NCBI GenBank assembly: GCA_964016885.1
Contig: OZ024740.1
Span: 371,070,001 to 371,134,000, forward strand
From: Eledone cirrhosa
Lineage: Eukaryota
Length of the DNA: 64,000 bases
Direction of reading: 5' to 3'
Both the position numbers and the translations under genes were made by a program. A model generated the notes under the pieces. It was not told the DNA's origin. It did no database searches and was given only the letters and a program-made list of their open reading frames with translations. Of the stretch, positions 12,261 through 25,139 are shown piece by piece (position 1 is the stretch's first letter; each line of letters opens with the position of its first letter).

Positions 12261-12905
12261 GGGCCCCCATTTGCTCATAATAGTGAGAGATGGGGAGAGC
12301 AGGAGAGATGAAAGCAGAGACAGTGAGAGTTTGGTTCTTTTGTGTTTGTACCTTGTGTATATGTATATGTTTCATGGGCACACACTCATGTATGTGGTAT
12401 GTGGAGATAGCAGATGGATAAGAAAATTATACACCAATACAAGTTTCTATCTTAGTAATGAAATAATGAATAAATTTAGTAAGAACCCTCAAAATTCATT
12501 AATTAAATGAAATACAATCACAAAAGGGTTAACAGAGTCAATGAAATAGATAAGACACATAGTCAAGCCTGGAACATAAACTCATTTTGCCAGCAACTTA
12601 TCTATACTATAGACAATCTGCCACCCAGTTTTACACCACTACTAGACCCTTTGGTACCTTTAGCAGTATTTAGGTCAGGTCTTCAGTTGGTGTACTGCTT
12701 CCTACAGCAACAACCCATGAGTCATGGTTTCTTTATCACTTCCCACTCCATCACATTCATCTTGGGGGCCCTATAAGAGCTATGAGTGCTATCCTCTGTC
12801 TGTCCTTTAACTCAGCCATAACATTTTCTTTCTAAAAATTAACAATGCTTAACATTTTCAGATTGTTGTGTATAATTCTTTTTATTTCACAGATTTAATA
12901 TAATT

Positions 12906-13154
12906 GAGGAGGGGGGGGGGAGAAAGAGACGAGAGAGAAGAGGAAGATAGAGAAAGAAAAAGAAAGAGAGAAAAAAGAGAAGAGAGAAAAGAGAGAGAAA
13001 AAGAGAAGAGAGAAAAAAGAGAAGAGAGAAAAAAGAGAAGAGAGAAAAAAGAGAAGAGAGAAAAGAGAAGAGAGAAAAGAGAGAGAAAAAGAGAAGAGAG
13101 GAAAGAGATGAGAAAGAGAAAGAAGAAAAAGAGATGAGAGGGGGGGGGGGGGGG
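12906..13154. repeat. Pure polypurine (GA/GAAA) low-complexity tract flanked by G runs
   Basis: About 250 nt of almost only A and G, with G-runs at both ends. Confidence 0.95.
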
Positions 13155-14233
13155 CAAAGAAACAATCATACTGAGAGGCTATTTTTTAGACAAGCTGCTT
13201 GGTGTGCTAGAAGTAGCAGGTCAAACTTCCCTCAAATCACACCTTGCCATCTTAAAAAAATGAAGGACACAGAAAATGTAATTTTATTTACACTAAGTTC
13301 AGGTTTAAAGAAAGACCAGATGGATGCTGTTGGAATGTCTAAACAACCCTAGCAGATATTTATAATTTTTAAAATTCAATAATATTGTTTGTTTTGTGGG
13401 GCTTGTATTAATGCTAGAAAATACTTTGGATCAAAATATGACCGTAACTCACTTTTTTGTTAATCTCTTATAAAATCCCATCAAATCTAATGTTCATGAC
13501 AAAACCTTTTGCTACTAGAACTCAAAGCTACTGCTGTTTGACTTCATATAGTGGCTTCACCAACAATTAACAATACAGGCAACAGATATATAAGCTTCTG
13601 TTTGTGTGTGTGTGTGTAAGTGTGCAATATATGTATCACACAAGTCAATGGTGGCTGCAGTGGCAGCAGTTGTGTTGTGATGTAGAGAGACTGGGTAGGA
13701 GTCGGGGTGAAGTCCTAGGAGTTGTGTTGGAAGAGGATATGAATAACAAAAGTAATCAACATGTTACATACTACAGACATTGGCTGTAAAAACACTCGGT
13801 AATGAATGTAGTTAAAAAGTGTAACAATGATGACTCATCCCACACACACATGAGTATAATAAAATAAAAAATATATTTTTTTACTAAGCAACCCTGTTAA
13901 GCAATCTTTCACTCAAGTTATCTAGTCACTAGCTCTTGGATCTATATCTTCCCACTGTCTTTTTTTTTTTTCAGTTATTACAAATTTACAGCTGTCTCTA
14001 AATGGAGGGAGTATAATAGCTCAGTGGATAAGAAGTTTGAAAAGAGTATTTGAAGAGTTTGTCCCCATGATACTCCAAGGAATAAATGGGAGGAGGGGGA
14101 GAAGAAGAAAAAGAAAAAGTGATATTGGGGGTAATCACAGTAAATAACGCACTCAATACATTAGGGCATTCCTGAAGATTTCATATAAACGAAACAGTTC
14201 TAGTTCTGTAACAACCATTTCTATATTAAATTT

Positions 14234-14279
<46 letters not shown>

Positions 14280-14281
<2 letters not shown>

Positions 14282-14512
14282 AGGGAGTTTAACGTGAACT
14301 TACTGTAGGTTCACCCAGGTGAGCACTCGATGTTTAGGTTCACGTTAGTGGTGAGGTGTAGAGCTAAACAGAGTGTAATATAATAAATCAAGGACGATTT
14401 GTTAAGTCTTCATTGTGTTTATTGATTAGTGATGCACGTTTCACTATTGATCAGCTCAAGGTTTGATCTGTATCGATCTGGTCCGACTCTAAAATCAAAA
14501 GCTTGTCGGACC
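14280..14512 (-). mobile_element. Unclassified insertion between (TA)n tracts, possibly a Penelope-like terminal fragment
   Basis: Contains two hairpins. The minus strand reads CTGATCA-atagt-GAAAC followed by AATAAA, like a decayed PLE pLTR end. Confidence 0.35.
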
Positions 14513-14537
14513 TCTCTCTCATATATATATATATATA

Positions 14538-14952
14538 GGTGATAAAATCCGACCTTACCCAACTACACCTCTCACAGACAATGACACACGACCGTGACTT
14601 CTGGCGTCACGCAGTAATACAGAGTACCCGACCTCCCATGGGTACATGCTGAAGCATATAAACAATATGCCCCCACACCCCCCCACTGCAAGGTGGTCGT
14701 GGAGGTGCCACGGCAAAAAAGCACCCAGCCCACACTGTAAAGTGGACGTGTAGGCGCCACGAAAAAGCACCCAGCACTCACTGTAAATGAGGTTGGTGTT
14801 AGGAAGGGCATCCAGCTGTAGAAATCAAGCCAGATCAGTTCCTGTATGAGCAAGGCATGGTCAGCCGACCAGACACTGCACACAACAGGACAACCCGTCT
14901 AACCCATGCTAGCGTGGTAGAACGGACGTAAAACGGTGATGATGATGATGAT
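14538..14952 (+). mobile_element. Retroposon 3' end sharing the LINE tail module
   Basis: Duplicated aaaaagcacccagc..cactgtaaa unit, then ggtgttaggaagggcatccagc and aacccatgc...ggacgt, ending in (GAT)n as in 3039-3301. Confidence 0.8.
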
Positions 14953-15135
14953 AGTACAAAAACCAATATGATGATGATGATTGTATGGATATGTGGTACA
15001 TGCAGGCATAAGACTGTATGCAACACCTGAAAAGCTCTGTATGTAAAGTCATTGAAATAATATAGTGGCATTGATTTAAATACAATAAATGAAATAGAAT
15101 GAAATTTCATTTCTCATTCTTAGTACGGCACTTAC

Positions 15136-15767
15136 TTAAATGTAAGTATGTATGTAAACGTACATACATATATGTATACAGACGTACAGTAGTATGTATA
15201 TATATACATACATGCACACATATATATATGTACGTATTGGTTTACCGAACATTTATTATAATGCTCGGTTTGTTTGTTTGTAAACAAACAAACAGCCCGA
15301 ATTACGCCGTACAGTGTTTAGGCAACCATGTCACCTTTTTGTTCAACACTGACACAGGAACGATGTACTAGTTTCAAGCTTATTAGCTATCGTCAGCATC
15401 GTATACCTTCCTGCCAGATGGTTGAACGTCTGAAAGTATATACTTTCCTTCTATTCCATTTATCGTTTTCGGTGTGCCCGGCCGACTGAACTCACTCGAT
15501 ATGCAAATTAGGCTGCTCAGCCATTAATAGGCATAAGGAAAGTATATACTTTCAGACGTTCAACCTTCTGGCAGGAAGGTATACGATGCTGACTATAGCT
15601 AATAAGCTTGAAACTAGTACATCGTTCCTGTGTCAGTGTTGAACAAAAAGGTGACATGGTTGCCTAAACACTGTACGGCGTAATTCGGGCTGTTTGTTTG
15701 TTTACAAACAAACCGAGCATTATAAAAAATGTTCGGTAAACCGATACATGCATATATATATGTGTGC

Positions 15768-15806
<39 letters not shown>

Positions 15807-15867
15807 CATACTACTGTACGTCTGTATACATATATGTATGTACGTATACATACATACTTAGATTTAA
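15136..15867. repeat. Long inverted repeat / fold-back element
   Basis: Arms 15136-15450 and 15535-15867 are near-perfect reverse complements around an 84-bp spacer. Both strands give near-identical ORF translations in the track. Confidence 0.95.
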
Positions 15868-16304
15868 ATACAGATTTCTCACATTTGTATAAAGCAACAA
15901 AATTGATATAGGTGGGGGTGGAGCTATGGTAGATAACGCCCTACCCTATCCCACACAAATCATATCTCTCAAGCTAATTTTACTAATTCCAAATCAAAAA
16001 TCAGTTTAAAATTCCCAGTAAACCCATTAGTTTTTGTTTTTTTTATACAATTGAGGTGTGTTAGAAAGAAATAACTCAGATAATAGGTAACTAGACAAAC
16101 AAGTTTGGTGTCAATTATCATAACAACAACAACAATAACCAAACAGATGATGATTTACTCAGGTCAGCTACTTAATGGATCAAGCAATTCGAAAATATTT
16201 TTGAAAAAAACATGGCTGGCTAGATAAAAATATACATTTTGATGGGTTGTCTTTTTGCCAAAGTGCAAACTGCATATCTATTTAATTATTATTATTAATT
16301 TAAG

Positions 16305-16670
16305 GGCGGTGGATTGGCAGTATCGGTAGAGAGTCGGACACCATGCTTTGAAGCATAGAGTTACGTCCCTTTATGATCCGAGTTCAAATCCCGCCGAGGT
16401 TAACTTTGCTTTTCATCCTTACGGAGTCGATAAAATAAAGTACCAGTAATGTACTGGGTAATTACTGGCCTTGTGCCTAAAATAGAAACAATTATTAATT
16501 TATTTTCAGACACCATGCTTTGAAGCATAGAGTTAGGTCCCTTTATGGGCTGAGTTCAAATCCTGCCGAGGTTAACTTTGCCTTTCATCCTTACGGGGGT
16601 CGATAAAATAAAGTACCAGTAATACACTGGGTAATTGCTGGCCTTGTGCCAAAAGTAGAAACAATTATTA
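16305..16670 (+). mobile_element. tRNA-derived SINE (full copy 16305-16497 plus tandem partial copy 16508-16670)
   Basis: A box-like tggcagtatcgg and B box gagttcaaatccc, then the central domain tttcatccttacggggtcgataaaataaagtacc (resembling the MetaSINE/LF-SINE domain) and an AT-rich tail. Confidence 0.9.
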
Positions 16671-17540
16671 ATTTATTTCATTGTACATGCCTGGGTTTGA
16701 TGAGGGATCAAGAACTCCATGAAAGAGTCAATGGTCTAAAACGTTTGGGGACCCTTGCCCTAGACAGTTATTATATTTCTCAATTCTAGAAGGATGAAAG
16801 TCAATCTTGACCATGGTGGGATTTGAGCTAAGAAAAATATAGAATAAACACTGCAAAGCATTTCATCAGATGCTCTAATAATTCTACCAATTTGCCACAT
16901 TTCTATACTACAGTCTAAATGGGCCTGCAAAGGTCATAGGCACAGTCCTTTCCTCTAGAACAGATTTTTTAAAAATCATCAAGCACAAACTGATTCCTTC
17001 TACTCATATCATAGCAATGGTTTTTTACAGAAAAATGCTATTGCCATCTTTAACCCTTTCATTACCATAATAAAAGACAGTATCCATGCTTTTCAATTGA
17101 TTATGTAAACCAAAAATTTAAAGGGATCTAGTAAAATAACTAACCCTACTAAGCTGGTACTTAATACATAATTTAACAAAGATATTCTTACATAACATTA
17201 TTTTTCATTTAAAATAGGTATGTTATAGAATTGTGGTGGTTTGGGGTGAGTTGATATCAAAAGGGTTAAAATACACAACATAATAAGAATGGAACATGAA
17301 GCCATCAAAGTTTTCTATAAGGACAACATAATGGCTTTAATAAATAAAGTATGAATCTATGATTATGTGATCAGAGGCTCAGAAACTGAACCATATTTCA
17401 ATGAAATACACTACCTATATGTTTAAATACATGTTGAAAATCAAGAATTTGGGAGGATTCAGAAAACTAAATTTTTCATTATTAAGCTGCTTCAAAATAA
17501 CTTTAAAATAAGCTTCTTACATAAATTTAAGATAGATATT

Positions 17541-17610
<70 letters not shown>

Positions 17611-18461
17611 TGCGCGCATGTATAGATGGATTTGTAACTCCAGATAGAATCATAGAGGTGCCATAATGACATTTTTAAACCTGGTGAAGTCCATCCCTTC
17701 TTCAGGTCTGAAGAGAGAAGTGCTAGAGAGGAAGTGTGAAAAGATATAGAAGAAAAATTGCCCCCAGTACTGAACAAAAGGGTGAAATGTGAAGCTGATT
17801 TCTGCACAACTTGATTTCAGCGCACAGAGAGCCGGAATGAATGTCACAAAGCATTCTATCCAACATTTTGATGAGTCTGCCAATTCACCACCCAATTTCA
17901 ATATACAGAAGGTTTTGTATTGCATAACAAGAGGAAGTTGGTATCAAATTAACTAACCTCACAGTTATTGCATCTCAATAAATAAACTATTTTTTAAAAT
18001 CAAAATGAGCAATTTTAATCTAAATTGTTTACCTTTTCCAACTATTCATCAGATTTAAATTCAGGTAAAAAAAAAAATTGAAAGTAAAATTCTGAAATTG
18101 AAATTCAAGCTTGAATTATAATTCAATAAATTAAAAGTTCAAACACAAATTTCAGTTTTACTTTGAAATTCAAGCTCCACACACATGCACACATATCACC
18201 ATTACCAGCACGATGAAAGACTTATTACATGTCAAAACATCTGTTGTATCATTTTGGAATTTTAAAAAAGTAGAGGAAAAAAAATTAAGCTAAAAAAAAA
18301 AAAAAACCTCCAAAGTTCTCAGCCATGTATGTGAAGGCTAGACAGAAATGAGGGTAGCATCCTAGTGTGTAATAATGACAGAGTACAGATAAACTGAGAG
18401 AAAAATGTGTGCAAGAAAAATCAGTTGTAGCGGACAAGAGAGAAAACTATTGGTATGAGAA

Positions 18462-18492
<31 letters not shown>

Positions 18493-18984
18493 ATATATGC
18501 ATGTATACATACACACATACACAAATAACGATGGTGATGATGATGATATATATACATATATATATATAGCAATCTCTTTATATATATATATATATACATA
18601 CATATATATATAAAAGAAAAACACACCAGGAATTCGATTATCATTGTTTTTCAATATTTATTACAAAGACATTAACTGCTATTCAGAAAGAGTTGGTGCA
18701 AAATTCTATTAGAGTAATTAGTAGTTAGTGTATATTTGATAGTTTATTATTATCATCATTCCCCTTAGCATAGCCATCCAGTCTGATAGTTGACGAAATG
18801 GCATCCCTCCAATATCAGTAGTCAGTGGGTGATCATATATTATGGAATAATCGCAAAAATATAAATATATATTATAAAGAGCGCTTGGTAAGAATTGCCA
18901 AAAAGACACCAGTGTCTTTCTGGCAATGTTCATCTAGCTTTTAGTAAGTTAAATGTCATAGGTAACTCATATAAGATATGTCAG

Positions 18985-19170
18985 ACAAATTGCTTTGTAG
19001 CATGTAGTTATGGCCATTTACATCCTGAGTTCAAATCCCACTGAGGTCAACTTTGTCTTTCATTTTTCTAAGGTTGATAAAATAAAGTACCTGTGAAGTA
19101 CTCGGGTTGATATAATCAACTTTCCATTCCCACTAAATTTGGCCGTGTGTCAAAATTGGAAACTACTAAT
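18985..19170 (+). mobile_element. Older copy of the tRNA-derived SINE
   Basis: gagttcaaatcccactgaggtcaactttgtctttcat...gataaaataaagtacc. Confidence 0.75.
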
Positions 19171-20864
19171 TCCTGCATAAGTTTGTTCTTGTTTAGCCAC
19201 AAGTGGGCAGTGGTAGAGATGATTTATGGTCAAAGATGTTGCAGTCGAGACCCTCCTGTTTTACTCTTTTCACACATTAGGGGTATATTTACAGAAACTG
19301 GGGTTGCTATATGTAGCAGATTGAGAGACCATGTAGCGATGTCATTGCTGGCTTGTTTACAGATATTTGTCAATTACAGATAGCTGCCGTGGATTAATGT
19401 CAAAGGCCACACAGACATATACGTGTACATAACAATTACCAGCTAAATATAAGTTATTTGTTTCTTTTGCAGTATCATTGTGCATGCGCACACAAGCACT
19501 GGCATGCACTCGATATATTACCAAATGTATTCTTCAGCGGTCTGTAGGCCTTTACATTTTACTAATTTCATTGATATCTGGAGAAATGGAAGACACACAG
19601 CTGCCACTCTGACAGAGTTTAAAATCAGAACAAGGTAATAACTAACAGGTCAGATACAATTCAAGCCGATCTCAATCATCAAAATAATCCTACACCAACA
19701 AATCTTTTGTAGTCCAAAATTCTTTACACTTTCAGCAAAAATGAAATCTATTTAAACTGTCTATGATTCTTTCTCTAGCATAAGCAAATAGGCCATAGAT
19801 TAGCAGAACATATCTACTACTTATTAAAAAATAAAACGCAGACACAATCTTGATCCATAATCCATGTGACTCCAATGACCGAAACCAGTATAAAAGCCCT
19901 TTTAAAATGCTTATAAAAGGATATATCATTATCAGATTAATCTTAACTCCAGATTTAATGTAAAGCAAGTTATGAGTCAGGGATTTTAAAAAAATTTTGT
20001 TTTGGCATTTTTTTAATAATTTAGATGTGAGGCCAGATTTAGTCATTAATTAACGGTTGTTGAGATCAGCATGAATGCTTTATTGTATCCAACCTGGTAG
20101 TTTATTTTTTTTGTTCTGATTTCAAACCTTGTCAGAGTGGCAACTTTATCTAAGATTTCTCTAAATAAGTAAACTGAATTTGTCTCCTGAGCCTTGAGGA
20201 AGGTTTTTAACTCTTTTGATACCAAACAGCCTGAAACCACCCCAGATTTACGCCTCAAAACTGTTCATCTTAAAATAATTATCTCTATATTAAAACTTTT
20301 CATCATAATATTATTTTAGAAAATTTTTTAAGTAATGTTCTAAATATCAGTTTACTAATGACAAACTTGTTTATTTTATTTTATTAAATTCATTTAAATA
20401 TTTGGTTATTTTTAAAATTAACTGAAACACATAGGTAAACAAATAGTGTATTTCATTAGAAATACAGTAATGAAAAAGTCAAATTTTGCTCTGCTTTTAT
20501 AGCCTTGTGCAAATTAAAAATCAATCTTCTTCTGGAAAGCATGCTAGTCTATTTCAAGTAAGATTCCAATATGATCCGTTGCTTATATCTGGCCATTTGA
20601 ATAACTACTAGTAAAATTTGAACTGACTGTAGGTCTCCTTTAAAAAAACTGGCCTTGTATATAATCTAAAGAAATTAAATATCAAGATTCACCACTCACA
20701 GCCAGTTTTGAAAGAAAATCCTTTTTTTTTTAAAAAGATGAAGCAGTACAAACTGTAACTGTGTATTTCATTCACCAACTACACCACTATTATCATATAT
20801 AAACAATCTCTTTCATTATTATTATTTTGTAGATAGTCAATATGATCTATCATAGGTTTAGCAA

Positions 20865-21085
20865 AAAAAAATATGATTACAAATACAAGTGGCTGAAATG
20901 GGGTTCCTCTGAAGGGTCTTTGGAGTAATATTACTTTACAGAGTACATAGGTCAGAGATGAGAGAGTTGCTCTAGGTAGAGCTACTACTTCTCCAAATTG
21001 AAAGATCACAATTCTGATACTACAGACATGCGATCAGAAAGTCTATGGAAATAATTGCTGCATAGATTTTATTGGCAAACTCAGG
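20865..21085 (+). mobile_element. RTE family B 3' fragment
   Basis: Similar to about 8945-9165 (gaagggtctttggagtaa..ttact, gagctactacttctc). Confidence 0.7.
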
Positions 21086-21618
21086 AGATCTTAATCATAT
21101 CATATACAAAATAAAATTATTCATTTATTCCAACAACTTGTGCAATAGATAACATCAATTTGTAACTACTGACAGGACAAGTGAAAAATACCCAGGTATT
21201 TGCATTTTTAAAAAATCATGCTACTCAATGTTTATTCACAAAAGAAATCTATATATATCTCAAGTAATCAATGTGTGGCAGTAAAGGGAAAGAGAATGTT
21301 TAGGTGCGAAGGCCTAGTGAAACAAACATATCTGGTATTTTCACAGTACTGCCAAGATCAGGTTCATTCACCACAGGGTTCTTCATATTCTATTTTTAAT
21401 TCATTTTAATTAATTAAGATCTAGGTATTGTTCCCCACTGTCATTTCTTAATCAGAACCTATCAGTAAAGTTAATGATGCTTTTTCTTTGCCATGGGTTT
21501 AATGTTAATTAATTAAAATTTCTTTGTTCACTACATTAAGTATATTAAGCATTCAATGTTACTACTTTTCATTTATTAAAGAGTGGACTACCTAACATTA
21601 CTCTTGAAACATTTCAAA

Positions 21619-22106
21619 TACTAACTTTTACCAATGAACTGCCATATTGCAGAGATATTTATTGTCTTGGACAAGAATTCCACAAAAAAAAATTCTGGTT
21701 TCCCTCGAAATAAGGTCTCTTTTAGTAAAGTTGTATATATATATATATATATATAAATAAAACTTTACTAAAAGAGACCTTCTGGGTTCCCTCGAAATAA
21801 GGTCTCTTTTAGTAAAGTTGTATATATATATATATATATATATCATCATCATCATCATCGTTTAACGTCCATCTTCCACGCCTGCATGGGTTTGGACAGG
21901 AGTTTTCCCCACTTGAGGCAAGATTTGTCGTCCTGCTCATATAGGACTATATATATATATATATATATATAGATAGATAGATATATAAATAAAACTTTAC
22001 TAAAAGAGACCTTATTTCGAGGGAACCCAGAATTTATTTTTGTGGAATCCTTGTCTAAGACAATAAATATCTCTATAATATGGCAGTTCATTGGTAAAAG
22101 TTAGTA
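21619..22106. repeat. Nested inverted duplication around (TA)n and a LINE tail fragment
   Basis: Outer arms 21619-21732 and 21993-22106. Inner partial copies at 21761-21820. LINE tail piece at 21843-21949. Confidence 0.93.
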
Positions 22107-22974
22107 ATATATATATATATTATATTCATGAATACATTCTCTTTCTAAAATAATGTTTATTTCATTTAATGTCATATTAAAATGTTAGAGATGGAGATTG
22201 TCAATAAAATATAGGTTTGGGTTCTGTAATTTTTGTAAAATTGTATATAGGTTCTACTACAAAATATGTTTGAGAATCACTGTCTTAGACAATAATCTCT
22301 GTAGGTGTGTGTGCGTGTGTGTTTATCCTAATGCAGAAAAGTAACTGCAGGGCCCCAAAACTGAAATATGGTAACAATTTATGAGGCCAAAGATATATTA
22401 CAAGGCCTCATCAATTCCTCTGTTGTAGAAAAGGAAACCCCTTAATCTAGTATTCTAGTGGAAAGATGCACAGATTATAATGACATAAATTTAAAAACAT
22501 CACAATTACATTAGTCAATAAATTTGACTAAAGTAAAAACACTCTTCAAATGGCCAAATGGAGGAAGATTTTATAAAGTAACAATTAGTCTTACAGCTCA
22601 AATGAAAGACAAGGCCATTATCAGCTGTTGTTGAAATTGACACAAGATTGACTATGATAGTAAAGCTTATATCACAACACACAATAAACACCAAGTCAAT
22701 AAAAAAATAAAGAAGAATAAATAATAGACAGCAAAAATAGATATATTGGAAATTATTTACTATTCTTTGAGAAAACATACTGCCCTACTTACAAAATAAT
22801 AGATAATTTATATGAAACCAATGTCATTGCACTGTGTCCAGCGTCAAAGCACTTAACGTTTAATAATATTGTACACTAATGTAAGTAAGAAGATAATTGC
22901 ATAATTGATGAGTGTTTGATTAAGTTGCAATGCTAATTTATTACACTGATGTAATGAAAACCCTACAACAGACT

Positions 22975-23745
22975 GATGCTCCAAGAGAAGTATTTTTCCA
23001 TATGCTCAATTCTTTATTTTCACAAGGAACTCTCCATCGATACCATACTCCTGCAGAACCTGCCACAGCAGGTTATGTGGAACGCAGTTGTATGCTTTTT
23101 CAAGGTCTATGAAGCAAGAATACACCTCTTGGCAGTACTGCCACGATTTCTCAAAGACCTGCTACATTGTGAATATTTGGTCAGTGTCCTGTGTCCAGGG
23201 CGAAAACCACATTGTTCATCAGACTCAACAATCTCCCTACATCTCTTTGCCAGACACTTAGTATAGTCTTTATAGAGGAGGCTTAACAAGGAGATCCCTC
23301 TATAGTATGAGCAATCTCTTGTCTCCCTTTTTAAAAATTAAGATTATTGCTCCAGATTGCCATTGCTTAGATGCCTTTCCAGAGATCCAGGCCATCTGGA
23401 ACAAAAGTGTCAGCCAAAGAATACCTTCTGTATTTAAAGCTTTTAACATCTCAGGCCGAATTTCATCCTCCCCAGCAGCCATACCAAATTTGAGCTCTTT
23501 AATTGCTCTTGTGACCTTAGCTACCGAAAGATCAGTCATTGGTCCTAGGTGAGGAAGGTAGGTGTAAAAGCCAAACTCACTCTCTTCAATTTGGTATTCA
23601 TGCCAACCCTTACCTATGGTCATGAATCTTGAGTAATGACCAAAAGAATACAATCGCAAATAAATCTGTTGGAAGGTGTGTTTGAGGACGCCACTCCAAC
23701 AATCCTCCCAGGAATAAGTGGATGAAGTAAAAGAAAAAGAAGAAG
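22975..23745. mobile_element. Rearranged RTE family B LINE: inverted upstream RT segment (minus, ~22975-23550) joined to a plus-strand 3' end (~23553-23745)
   Basis: Minus: AIKELKFGMAAGEDEIRPEMLK, IILIFKKGDK, EQCGFRPG. Plus: PTLTYGHES and the tail cccaggaataagtgg shared with 9320-9335. Confidence 0.85.
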
Positions 23746-25139
23746 AAACCCTGAGCACACCATGATACCTTTTGGTAATAGTAGTGAATAAACAAAAAAT
23801 TAATTATTAAAAAAATACTAGTCTTGCAAAGAATTATTCACTCATTTGGTGGAAGTGGAGATGTGAAAATTCTATGGATAATAAGTTAGTTATCAACCCA
23901 GAGAATAAGCTAATCACCATAATTTGTACTCTAACAGAATGAGGAGCAAAGCTTGTAAGAAGCAGTCTACAACTGGATTTCAAATTCCTATTGAAGTGAA
24001 ATCATTTCACTCACAAACTTCTCTCTTAGAGACTAAAGAATATGAATCACACAATCTTTGATTCTCCTCCATTATAAAGTTTTTAGTCTTTTATTTAAGG
24101 TAAATAAAAAATAAATAAATATGTAAACAGAATAACTAAACAAACTGGTCAACTAAATTCCAGAATTAACCAGAAACTAGTGTTTACACAAATTTCTTTA
24201 ACCTTGGACTGAAACTATTTATTATGTATTTCAAGTAGTATGAACATAAACAAAAACTGACAAATATATTTGACTACTATTTGATCCATTTCAAATTATA
24301 TATATACTGGACATTGGAATGTCAGCCAACTGTATTTGAGTTACTTGAATTCATTCAGACATTACCAACCAGTGAATAGGTTGTATTATCAAGACAGAAA
24401 GCTCATTCCGGTAATTCTTCAATATAGTTCCAGTCTTCAATGAAATAGATATAAGCCTTTTGTTGTTTGTGGCTTTTAAAATGCTAACGTCTGTTGAGCA
24501 TTTGGAAGGATGAAATAAATTCCCTTGACGAAACATTAAGCAGGAATCTATGAAGTGAAAATAAACATTTCAGTCAAACTTTAATTAAAACTCTTGCACT
24601 TTGTGGAGATATGGAATTATAAGAGTAGCTTGATGGCAGTGTGCTTGATAAAACAGTATTATAGCTAGTCAAATTCCTAACAAGATTGATTCTTAAACTT
24701 TCTTGAATTCAGTTAAACATACTTTTGCTTTTTATTATTATTTTATACATATTTTGTCCATGCAAGCATGGGTGTGATAGGCTTTTTCTCACCAAAATCT
24801 GGACAATTGAATACTTTTTACAAATTAGTGCCTTCCTTACAGTTAATCACCAAAATGTAAATTAAAATGGAACCGACAGATTGCCAAACGGTCTGACATG
24901 TAATGTACCTCTAAACAAGCAAATGAGCAGGAGAGAGAGAGAGATCAAATGGTATTCCAGCCTCTTCAGCCACATAGTTCTGATTATGTAACTCTAGAAG
25001 GAAGCTAGGCAAACAGCATCAAGGTTGTGTGCTTCACCCAGGAGCACAATACATATGGCTAAAGTGAAGTTTGAACCCTTCACTGTAATCTATTAAATGT
25101 GTGTGAGGAAGAAAAATATTTGAAATAAATTATACTCAC

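Noticed and set aside
12882-13169. R/E/K-rich and F/S/L-rich ORFs
   Set aside because: Translations of the polypurine tract; no coding signal.
16305-16670. Repeated SINE heads as tRNA genes or a CRISPR-like array
   Set aside because: No complete cloverleaf, dispersed copies have TSDs and tails, there is no repeat-spacer periodicity, and the context is eukaryotic.
19473-19634. Plus-strand 162-nt exon candidate (good acceptor, gtaata donor, one open frame)
   Set aside because: The peptide is unrecognisable and its 3' half is a decayed SINE-like/inverted-repeat arm; no partner exons seen.
19732-20258. Two abutting minus-strand ORFs (104 and 70 aa)
   Set aside because: No recognisable domain; they overlap a MITE end and an inverted-repeat arm.
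24351-24536. ORF just downstream of the ARL5 exon as a possible next exon
   Set aside because: Lacks the expected PTIGSNVE and WDxGGQ motifs.
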